A stretch of 20,000 nucleotides of DNA, from positions 115,850 through 135,849 of the forward strand of contig JAHBMJ010000168.1 in the NCBI GenBank assembly GCA_018398765.1, in the 5' to 3' direction. Shown here piece after piece: positions 1-8,492 of the stretch (the stretch's first letter is position 1; the number at the start of each line of letters is the position of its first letter). A program made the translations under genes and the position numbers. The notes below the pieces were generated by a model that was given only the letters and a program-made list of their open reading frames with translations, was not told the origin of the DNA and did no database searches. Source of the DNA: Chromera velia (Eukaryota).

Positions 1-29
1 CCCCCTCTCCCTTTGTCTTTCAGACAATG

Positions 30-280
30 AAAAACCAATAGCCTCGTTCTGTGTAGGAAGGTTTTATACCTACAGTTGAACCATTGTGGACCCGCTCTCT
101 TGGTCCTAGTACCTCTTGATCTTTCGTCCATTTCGTGCCATCTAGTGCTACTTCACCCCTACCACCCTGAAGGGCGGAGGTACCATCGTAGTCTACGGCA
201 GACTGACGCTACTTGGACTGCTGTAGAAAGTGATGGTTTTCAGAATCGAACCCACGACCTTTCGGTTGTGAGCTGATCTG
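30..280 (-). ncRNA. tRNA-derived, 5'-truncated SINE-like / Pol III-type structured RNA unit
   Basis: Minus strand 277-243 reads TCAGCTCACAACCGAAAGGTCGTGGGTTCGATTC: a degenerate anticodon arm, variable loop and T-arm with B box GTTCGATTC. About 200 nt with several short stems follow (190-204, 162-177, 109-115/177-183, 88-106, 52-74), then a TTTTT run at 34-30. No D-arm/A box or acceptor stem is visible. Confidence 0.55.
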
Positions 281-1140
281 GCATTTTTAATACAAAAGTG
301 TTTGAACGTAACATTTTAAACATTATTAATGATTTTATATATCATATAACTTACTTACTACTTATATAGCCCCATTAGTAGAACTCGATAGTTAGTAAAC
401 AATATAGGAATAGAGTTAGGATTAATGTTTAGAAGACTTGCCTCCTGTTTCAATACTCTAACGTATGGCTTTTAAAAAAGTACTAGAACGTTTAAAACCT
501 TCCTGACCAGCCCGTGCAGCGCGATTAGTATGTCAACTGTTACAGTTTTTCAAAAGAATATGTCGTCTTGTCTAGCGTCTTATAACAAATGCATCAAATT
601 ATGAGAATATATGTATTTAACGTTTTATAAGACACATTATATTAGAATTATGTAATTGAATTTTTGTGTAAAACACGAGATAATTAAACTATTGTTGATT
701 GACTGGTGCTAAACCCTAACATTGATAATAATTGTTACTTTCTTTTTATAATTTACAGGTTAATAATATTTTTTAAGTGAGTCAGCAATCAGTCATATGA
801 GAAAGGAATGTGTGATTCATAAGGAATACAATTATGAAACTATGAGCCCGAGTCCAATATAACGTCACACCATCGTATGAATATTGAAGGCAAGTCATTA
901 GTACACCAGCCAACGGCGCATGAGCGCGCAAATACCAGTAATTGCAGCAACGCTCTAATAGCCCCGGAAAGCGAAGCGTAGGGCACTCAAAAAAACACTC
1001 CGCTAGCTGATTTTGTCGGAAAGATAGGCCAGAAATACGAAATAAGGGGCATTAAAGCACTTACAAATGAAGAGAAGAAATTAAAGCTTTCCGGGGCGGT
1101 TTGCACGCTTGCGTACGTATGTCAAGTCGGTTCGGAGAAC

Positions 1141-1286
1141 ACTAACAATTGGGAGATTACCTCACATGGCAGCAGTGTACCAGCAATTGGGGGGTTATAA
1201 CTCATATGGCAGCCGTGTACCATGGTTAACTCACATGGCAGCAGTGTACTAGCAATTACGGGATTAATTCACATGGCAGCAGCGAG
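1141..1286. repeat. Short degenerate minisatellite, core CTCACATGGCAGCAGTGTAC, 4 copies
   Basis: Core copies start at 1161, 1201, 1230 and 1268. The intervening sequences resemble each other (AGCAATT..GG.TTA). Confidence 0.85.
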
Positions 1287-2862
1287 CGACCGAATCAGAA
1301 GTAACTGCACGCCAGCGCGACTCCCATTATATGCAGTCAAGATGGTTATAACGAGACCTAAGTTGGCCAGACCGTATCGCAGCATGGCTCGAGACAACCA
1401 GTGACTTTGCAATGAGCGAAACGTCTCACTTTTTTTAAACCATTCCGGCCATAAAGGAATAAGTCGATTGTCATCCACCTCCGCAACACCACCATTAGTT
1501 TGCAAGGCTGCTGCCCAGCTGCTCATCATGCTCAGCGACGGTGCACAGGCCTCCATCTTCCTTTGCCTGCTGAGCGACTCTCAAGGTTCGTACCCTTAGT
1601 TGTAACACAGAAGCCGTCTTTTTGGTTCGTTCCCGTCTCCCACACCTGTTGTTCCCTCCATGATGCGCAGTGTACCTTTTTGACTTTCCCGTGTCTCCGT
1701 GTTCACTTTGCGGCTGCAGATTGGCATGAACACAAGCGACGAGCACACGGTTGAGTCTGTCGATCTCACCGATCTCACATTGCGGCTGCAGATCGGCATA
1801 AATACGAGAGACGAGCACACTGTTGAGTCTGTCAATCTCACCGTGTTCACTTTATGGCTGCAGATTGGCACAAACACGAGCGACGAGTACCCGGTTGAGT
1901 CTATTGATCTCACCGCTCGCCGGCCGGCTTCTGTGACGTACACCTCGTCGTCATCGCTTGAAGCAAAGGAACGACTCGTGCTCTTTGCGTGGTTGTGGTC
2001 ACTCTCCAAAGACAAAGAGAACTCCAGCAAGTCTGTCCTTTCTACAAATCTCAAGACGCTGATCGACCACAGATGGCAGATTACAGAGGCTGCAGAAGGT
2101 CGTAGAGTCGTTCGAACACCATGTGGCGCCGGCGAAGCGTCGCGGCGCTTTCGAAGCACATGTAAAACATGGGGCCGGTGACGATGTTCAGGAGGTCCAC
2201 GTACTCAAAGCGTAGGTCTTCGTCCACGGTAAGGTTCAGGTGGAATTCGGGGGATGCCGGTCCAGTCCGCGCGAGCCACAGGAGCGATACGAAGGTCCCG
2301 ACCCGGAGGTGCACGGGCCGGCAGAAGTAGTGGCCAAATGCGTAGGACAGCTTTCTGTGGTCGGTTTTGTCGAGGATCACCACGGTTTTATCGAGGTCAC
2401 CAAGCCCAGGAACGCGACGCACGCGTCGAGCAGCACGCGCACAATTTCCTCCTCCGCGTCCGCCTGCTGTCCGCCGCCAGCGTCGTTCGTGGCTACGTAG
2501 CACTCCGTGGCAAACTGGCAGAATGATAGGAAGCCGGCCAGTAGCAGTGGAGTCGATGGGTAACGGGGTGTCGTCGTGAGCAGGGACTCCAGTTCGGCGC
2601 GTTGCTGGTCGATGGTGGGGCGCGCGGCAACCCATTTACAGAGGGCCAGAAAAGTCGTCTCGTCGAGATGGCGCTGCAGAAGTTTGACAAGGAAGATGCC
2701 TTGCGAGTACGAAAACTCCGGCGCCAGAATATCGCACGGCTCAAAATCTTGAGCTATGGTGCTGCTCACCGGTCCGGCGGAGGCCCGTCGGCGACGGCAG
2801 AACCCGCGCACGCACAGGGTGGCCGCCGCATAGCTGCCCAGGATGGTGGAAAAGAGGATCAT
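1269..2862 (-). pseudogene. Fragmented putative viral gene with hydrophobic N-terminus and an internal 24-aa tandem repeat
   Basis: ORFs 2377..2862, 2081..2635 and 1596..2159 overlap and read as one protein if joined by frameshifts near ~2395 and ~2090. ORF 1269..1556 is in the same frame as 1596..2159, separated by TAA (1598-1596) and TGA (1583-1581). The joins are inferred. Confidence 0.55.
1699..1914. repeat. 3 x 72-bp coding tandem repeat
   Basis: Units at 1699-1770, 1771-1842 and 1843-1914. Differences between units concentrate at one codon position. Confidence 0.92.
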
Positions 2863-2941
2863 CTTCTCGGCTTTTGTTTGTACTCCCGGCGTGTTGTTCG
2901 TTTTAAGTTTTTTAGTAGCACCAAATCGGCCTTGGGGTTAT

Positions 2942-2970
2942 CCCCTTAGAAAACAAAGTTTCCTAAGGGG
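2942..2970 (-). terminator. 13-bp hairpin, candidate viral mRNA 3'-end/polyadenylation signal
   Basis: Minus-strand RNA CCCCUUAGGAAAC-UUU-GUUUUCUAAGGGG is fully paired with one G.U. It lies ~45 nt downstream of the stop codon of ORF 3015..3683. Confidence 0.6.
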
Positions 2971-3014
2971 GGCTTTCTTACGGCTTTTCTTTTGTGCGCG
3001 TGGCGCGAGGGCGG

Positions 3015-3683
3015 TTAGTTCCCTTTTTCCTCCTCCGCTGCATATGTGGCGGCCGCCGGCGGTTTCTTCTGCTCCACTTGCTGCATCAGGCTGTTGAGGA
3101 CTTCTGGCCGCACGTACTTGTTCATCAGTTCCTTTCGGAACTTGCGCATATCCTGCACGCTCTCCGGCAGCGTCTGACCATCCGGTTTGTGGACGAAAAT
3201 GCGTACATACCGAAAGACGCGCTCGTAGTCCGCCTTCTCCTCAGCTGTTCCATTCAGTGCGACGCCTTCCTCAGCCAGCGCCTCGAGCATCACCAGATGC
3301 TTGAAGATGCAGTCGACGCACCGCTTCTGCCGGTTGTTTAGGTGGTCTTCGAGAAGAACGAACTGCTTGATGATCTCGTGGAGGTTGAAGCGGGTCTCCA
3401 TGACCGGCAGCAGCTCCGGTGTCACAACGTTCTGCGCCGCGTCCCGGTAGTAGTCGTCGTTGGCACCACGCATGTTCGCCGGGAGGGACGGCGCCGGCAG
3501 ATAGTACAGGTGGACGAGGACGCCCAGCGCAAGCAAGAGCAGAAGGGAGGGAAACGCCACGCGGCGGAGGAAAGACCAGTCGCCCGAGGGGCCCTGGCAC
3601 CCACCTTCTTCAAGCGAACAGCTGTCATCGTCGGCATCTGCGCCGCACGTGTACCGTGCGGGAGAACGAACCATGAAACTCAT
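3015..3683 (-). CDS. NCLDV-type hypothetical membrane-anchored protein with CxxC motif (222 aa)
   Basis: Intact ATG ORF with A-rich upstream sequence (AAAATAGAAAAAAACCA-ATG). It has one hydrophobic segment (FPSLLLLLALGVLVHLYYL) and the motif LLPVMETRFNLHEIIKQFVLLEDHLNNRQKRCVDCIFKH...EALAEE...RKFRKELMNKY, which I recall from algal-virus/mimivirid hypothetical proteins. Confidence 0.85.
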   Translation of the reverse strand: MSFMVRSPARYTCGADADDDSCSLEEGGCQGPSGDWSFLRRVAFPSLLLLLALGVLVHLYYLPAPSLPANMRGANDDYYRDAAQNVVTPELLPVMETRFNLHEIIKQFVLLEDHLNNRQKRCVDCIFKHLVMLEALAEEGVALNGTAEEKADYERVFRYVRIFVHKPDGQTLPESVQDMRKFRKELMNKYVRPEVLNSLMQQVEQKKPPAAATYAAEEEKGN

Positions 3684-3740
3684 TGGTTTTTTTCTATTTT
3701 CTTACTCCTTGCTGCGGCTGCCGCCCGCTCTTTATTGTTG

Positions 3741-5258
3741 TTAGTAGAGCATGCCGTCGGGGGTCAAAACAAGCCCGAAAAAAGTCGCTAGTGCCACCAT
3801 CAATAGCGTGTATACAACACTGCTAAACACCTTAACGCCCATCATCGAGGCGGTAAGTGTTACCAACGAAGCGACGATTATCCCTACAGCAGCTCGTAGC
3901 GTAAGGTTTCCTACCATGCGCATGCTCTGCTGGACCTGTGTACAAATTAAGTGTGACTGTTGGGCCGGGAGGGGTTTCTTGACAGCCAGCGTGGCTGCCA
4001 TAATACTAATCAGGGCTTGTACCAGTCTCAGGAGCAACACGTTGATGAGGTCACGAGGAGACATGCTTGAAAGCGCACCATACAGCTCGCTGCCGTACCT
4101 GGTGACCCAACGGATGAGTTTGCTGATGAGCGTAAAGAGCTGCACAGCGGGAATCGCCAAGAACTTCAGCAGCGACAGTGTTATTCCGAAGAAGCGGAAG
4201 ATGTGCACCATCCAGCGAAACGGGGTGGATGTGGTAACAACGCGGATAAACCAGTCGATGCCGAGATACTTTATGACCCGTTTATGGACGCTCGCAAGCG
4301 ACTCGCTGGCAATCTCCTTCAGGTTGCTGAACAACGCCGTCATGAAGATAGCCAATCCTCCATACTTGAAAAGGAACCCCCCGATGATGGGGATCTGACC
4401 GACGGCAAACAGACTTCCTACGAGAAAAACCACGGGGAAGAGGGCCTTTAGCATAGGCGGAAAGAGGTTCAACAATCGCCGGAAGAGCGCTCCTGAGACT
4501 CCGGTGCCACTCATCAGGGACGCTAGCCGGTACATCATCACCAGCGGGTAGACCGTAACGGTGTTGCCGTATTTCCGTATGACGATTTTTCTTTCTGCCT
4601 CGACGGCCTCGCCCATGAGCTGCCAGTAGTAGGGCGACGGTGCGTTCGCGTGGTCTTTCAAATACTGCAGCCGCACCTTCTGAAAGATCCTCTTGGCTTG
4701 CCGTTCCTCGATAAATCCCGAGAAGGACGCCGACTTACGTTCCCTGCGTTCCGCGCTCAGGTGCCCAACCTTCGGGTCGTCTGTGAATTTGGCGAAGAGG
4801 TCCGCCAGCAGCAGGCGATCCTTGGCCGGAATGGGTTCTCCCTTCGGCCGCGCACAGTCGGCGGCCTCCATGAGTTTTTGTACCAGAGCCTCCGCTTTGG
4901 CGGTCCCGCTCGATCTTGTGCTGCGGAAGGAGGCGCTGCCAGACTTGGACCACGAGGGGGCGCTGCAGAACGCATCCTCGCCTACGCTGTGGGCGCTGCG
5001 GAACGTCTTTTTAGTGGACGAAGACGATACTCTACGGGCGCACACGCCGTCCTTGCACTCATATTTTGCAGAACTTTTCCGTTTTTTTAATGACAACAAG
5101 GGGGCCTCGGCCCTTTTCTTGCTGCTTGTGGTAGGCGCCACCGTCTTCTTCCTGTTGTTACCGATGGGCGCCACTGCCGCGGCCAACCCCTGCAGTGGCT
5201 TCTTTTTGCTGTGTCGTGTGGCTTTATTCTTTGTTTGACTGCTGGTGGTCCTCCACAA
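3741..5258 (-). CDS. Hypothetical multi-pass membrane protein with basic disordered N-terminus (505 aa), probably viral
   Basis: 1.5 kb uninterrupted frame with a K/S/R-rich N-terminus, an ECKDGVC motif and several hydrophobic helices in the C-terminal half. The start context is AAAAAC-ATTG-TGG, so there is no in-frame ATG at the expected start. Confidence 0.8.
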   Translation of the reverse strand: MWRTTSSQTKNKATRHSKKKPLQGLAAAVAPIGNNRKKTVAPTTSSKKRAEAPLLSLKKRKSSAKYECKDGVCARRVSSSSTKKTFRSAHSVGEDAFCSAPSWSKSGSASFRSTRSSGTAKAEALVQKLMEAADCARPKGEPIPAKDRLLLADLFAKFTDDPKVGHLSAERRERKSASFSGFIEERQAKRIFQKVRLQYLKDHANAPSPYYWQLMGEAVEAERKIVIRKYGNTVTVYPLVMMYRLASLMSGTGVSGALFRRLLNLFPPMLKALFPVVFLVGSLFAVGQIPIIGGFLFKYGGLAIFMTALFSNLKEIASESLASVHKRVIKYLGIDWFIRVVTTSTPFRWMVHIFRFFGITLSLLKFLAIPAVQLFTLISKLIRWVTRYGSELYGALSSMSPRDLINVLLLRLVQALISIMAATLAVKKPLPAQQSHLICTQVQQSMRMVGNLTLRAAVGIIVASLVTLTASMMGVKVFSSVVYTLLMVALATFFGLVLTPDGMLY

Positions 5259-5418
5259 TGTTTTTCTTCTTTAGTGCCTGGCTTGCGAGTACGGTGTATA
5301 AAGTTTCTGCATAAGTTTTTACTATTATATACGTAGGTGTTTTTTGGTGGCAGGCAGGGGTGTGCATGCGCATTAATTTGTCAGGTCCGTAAACTACCTT
5401 AAACGAATTTATTAAGGT

Positions 5419-5479
5419 GTTTCCTAAGGGGGCTCCCCTGGCACCATCCTTAGCTGCATAACACCGCTTTTTTTTGTGC
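5419..5479. promoter_or_regulatory. Intergenic motif shared with 2958-2997
   Basis: GTTTCCTAAGGGGG(G)CT occurs at 5419-5434 and 2958-2974. Each is followed by a GC-(T-run)-GTGC motif (5466-5479, 2983-2997). Both lie just 3' of a minus-strand stop codon. Confidence 0.6.
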
Positions 5480-5503
5480 ACTGCCCAAGGAAGATTAACT
5501 CAT

Positions 5504-6046
5504 TTACGTGGATTTTTTGTTGCAGTCCCCTCCACCGGCAGCAGCTGCGGCGGCGGCGGCGGCAACGGGCGGGTCATCGGACCCGTCGGTGGTGGGCACA
5601 CTTCGGGTCAGGAGGTCGAAGTACAAGGTGTTTTCCAAGCTGGCGTGCGCCACTTTTGGCCACGCCTCCTGTACGTCTTTCAGCCTGATTGATTTAGTGC
5701 CACTGACGAAAGGCTTCCAGAAGTTTTTGACCAGAATGTCCAGCAGCCCCGGCACGTTTGTCGTTTCTGCCATGAGCAACGCAAGGACCTCTTTAGTGAG
5801 GCGCCGGAAATGGACGCATCTTTTCCCCTGCACTGCATAGCTTGGTGTCGGTGCGAAGTCGGTCCCCAACAAGAAATGGCTCAAAAGCTGCCGGCCGGCG
5901 TCGGAAAGTCCGATCTGGAGCCGCTCTTTCAGTCCGAGCAGTTTCTCCCACACGGTCACCAGGTGGTTATTCTGCAGATGTTGGTCGACAAAGGCCGGCG
6001 TCACCAACACCTGTAGCAGTTGTGTGAGGAAGTTTTCGAACTGTTC
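5504..6046 (-). pseudogene. 5'-truncated hypothetical viral protein
   Basis: The frame of ORF 5504..6010 stays open upstream (EQFENFLTQLLQVLVTP...) with no ATG until it runs into the LTR-like segment at 6047. Confidence 0.7.
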
Positions 6047-6361
6047 TGACAGGGTATGATCGTTTCATGTCTGCTAGGCACTTCAGCTAGTCAGCTTCGC
6101 ACTGAGTCTCCCTCGTCCACTATTGACTATACCTGTTAAGAGAAAAGCAAAAGAAACCTGAATGAAGAGGGGCGACGGCTAGGGCCACGGTTTGTTCAGT
6201 CGATCGTCATGCGAAACACACGAGGGGAAAGGTCTGGGACGATCGTCAGTCAAGCACACTAACCAGCCATCCAGAGCCGAGTAAGAGAGAGGGGGGAAGA
6301 GAGAGAGATAGAGACTTAGCAATAGGAGTCACAAATCAAGATCTCGCCCTATCGCATGACA
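6047..6361 (-). mobile_element. Putative LTR (315 bp), solo/recombinant or 3' LTR
   Basis: Begins TGACA and ends TGACA (TG...CA termini) and starts where the viral ORF breaks off. Purine-rich GAATGAAGGGTAAGAAGTGAGACAA precedes it on the minus strand. The flanks TGTTC / TTGTC do not form a TSD, and no second copy is seen in the window. Confidence 0.45.
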
Positions 6362-6414
6362 TTGTCTCACTTCTTACCCTTCATTCAGAGGATTCCAAAG
6401 AGGCAGAGGGAGGC

Positions 6415-6461
6415 GAAGAAGAAGAGGAAGAAGAAGAACTTGAAGAAGAAGAAGAAGAAGA
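6415..6461. repeat. (GAA)n tract within low-complexity poly-Glu / poly-Ser coding-like sequence
   Basis: gaagaagaagaggaagaagaagaacttgaagaagaagaagaagaaga. Confidence 0.85.
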
Positions 6462-8037
6462 CGTCTCGTTGTCTCCCCCCTCGGTCTTGCTCTCCTTTCT
6501 GGATGGACCAGGTGAGGTTGAATCAAACGACATTGGAAGGAGAAGGAGGCGAAGTGGCAGGGGAACAATGTCATCACACCATTGTGGGCAGCCCGATCCA
6601 GTCCCAGGAAACCCGGCCGATATATATGCAGACACAAGTGGTCATGCAGGCATAAATGTCGGCAGAAAGAAAGCTGACCATGATAAAAAATGTTGAAGAC
6701 TCGCAGGTCATACCAAGAGGGATGATTGAAGAATCTGAGTTTTCTGCAGACACTATATCTTTTTTGCACTCATTATGAGCAATGCATCTTGCACAGAATT
6801 TCGGCTTTCAGTATAGTACGGACAAAGAACTAAACCAAATGAGAACGTGCACCCAACAACAGAGATCGACGCAGCCGTTAGGCAAAAGGTGCATGTGTAA
6901 AAGAGGATGTGTTTCCCATGCGCAGTGCAGCCCCACTCCCAACCCCTCCGCGACTCTCCCTTCAGTCGATCGAATGAACGAAGGACGAAGTACAGTGAAG
7001 CGGCCTATACCTACAACCAGAGGACACCGACAGCATACGGACTCCCGATTGTCTGGACCGGGCCTCGCTACTGCAAAGCGCCCCCCCACCCCCAAGCGGA
7101 TGCCCCGATAGTGGACCGACCATGCATGCATGCAGAGAATTAAGTAAACGCCCCAAAACAAAAAGAGTTTCACTTGTGCCTTTCGAAGACTCACCCACTG
7201 ATATTCACTTATGCGGGTAGGCAGTTTGATCAATTGGTGACTGGCTCCCTGCACGCTCGATCGATTTCACAAGGAAGCGAGGAGAACAGATATTCTATAA
7301 TAATTTGAGAAACATATGCAGGAACTGACCGCGTTTCGATGATCTTTGGGTCAATGTGGGGGCGCTGCACGGAAAAAGCGCATAAATCAGTGAAAGAAGG
7401 TATTTGTTTCATTAAATTTGGTCAGAAAATTGATTTTCATTAACACAAAACTCACAGATAAGGATACAAGCAATGGCCAGCCTGAGGGGGATCAATGATA
7501 TGAGAGCAGAAGATACAAACTCTTTGGACCGAACACCCCCCTCAATTCTTATAGAGCAAACATAACAGAAGGTAAACGCTCTGAGAGCAGAAATTTGATC
7601 CGAGGCAGATTTCTCTACCCCACCAACTTGAAGCATCCCCACTGACTTTGGTTCTGTAGATGAGCTTCTGGGTCTCTGCCCAAGAGAGAGCAGCGATGGA
7701 AGAGAACGTGCTGTTTTCATCAGGGACCCCCCCGGGATAACCAGAACTTGTCGGCCTAGGGATAACCAGAACTCTGGTCCCTGTCGAATCAACAGTCCGA
7801 GTAGGCAAGCGAGCGTTCCATGAATAAAGACGATCGATCGAGAGACTTGGGCACAGGGGAGAGAGTGCAAACGTAACACATATAGAGAAAGAGGGGTGTC
7901 CAACCACACTTGCTCTCCAAGTCTACGTCTTTCATCGAAAGTATCTTTCTTGCAGGACTGATATCTACATGCTCTCAAAGATGATGGCACATGCATGTAA
8001 ATTTATTGACAGAGCACTGCCTCAATCGGCCGACCTT

Positions 8038-8492
8038 CTACTGACCTCTGTTCTGCGAAGATGGTTTCGGAGGAGCAGGAGAAAGGATGGCCGGAAGGAT
8101 TAATGAGCCTCGCCGCTGAAGTCCATGGTGCACCTGCCCTTGTCTCTGTCTCTGTGCTGCGGGTGCGGGGGGCTGCAGTCGGCTGTTCGGGTCGTGGGTG
8201 TGGCTGTTGTCGGCGTACAGCGGCGGCATGTCGAACGGGGCGGGGGTGAAGGTGTTGTTGGGTTGTGAGGACTGCGACTGGGACTGGGACTGAGTGGAGA
8301 CCACTGAGGCTGTGCCCTTGGATCTGTGGAGCACAAAGAGCGAAGGGGGGCAGGAGGATTGCGTAAACGAACACTCTAGCTGCCAAAGTGACTGATGTGC
8401 GAAGCTACAAAAGTGCAATAAGGAGAAGAGAAAACAGGAGGATTACCTAGAGGATTGCACGGGAGTTGGAGCCATCACTGGCGCGAGACATT
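8038..8492 (-). CDS. Putative spliced host exons encoding a low-complexity S/Q/P-rich peptide
   Basis: Candidate intron 8446-8324 (GTAATC ... polypyrimidine-CCACAG) joins [12 protein letters not shown] in frame to [37 protein letters not shown]. No recognisable domain. Confidence 0.3.

Larger units (their letters stand above)
1269..6046 (-). mobile_element. Endogenous giant-virus (Nucleocytoviricota-like) genome fragment
   Basis: Four co-oriented, intronless, GC-rich coding units separated by short AT-richer spacers of 57-245 nt, with A-rich sequence just before the starts. One ORF has an NCLDV-type motif, and there is an intergenic hairpin. This contrasts with the repeat- and intron-rich flanks. 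The left boundary is approximate. Confidence 0.75.

Noticed and set aside
119..148. Hammerhead ribozyme (minus strand CTAGATGG...CGAAA)
   Set aside because: The core CUGANGA is not matched and no convincing stems I-III were found.
243..280. Functional tRNA-Val(CAC) or tRNA-Met gene
   Set aside because: The D-arm and acceptor stem are absent, and the anticodon and T stems are mismatched.
1161..1286. Possible mini CRISPR array
   Set aside because: Spacers are short, unequal and similar to each other, there are no cas genes, and the context is eukaryotic.
1699..2181. Plus-strand 160-aa ORF as a leucine-rich repeat protein
   Set aside because: GTG start, antisense to the co-oriented cluster and lacking the LxxLxLxxN consensus. 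It is probably a shadow frame, although not fully excluded.
5224..5481. 85-aa ORF in the viral spacer
   Set aside because: Non-ATG start, overlaps the shared intergenic motif and has no recognisable features.
2240..6027. Many plus-strand ORFs (e.g. 3751..4398, 4693..5238, 3342..3791)
   Set aside because: Antisense shadows of GC-rich minus-strand genes.
6808..7996. Minus-strand ORFs as retroelement gag/pol internal region
   Set aside because: No RT, integrase, protease or zinc-knuckle motifs were recognised.
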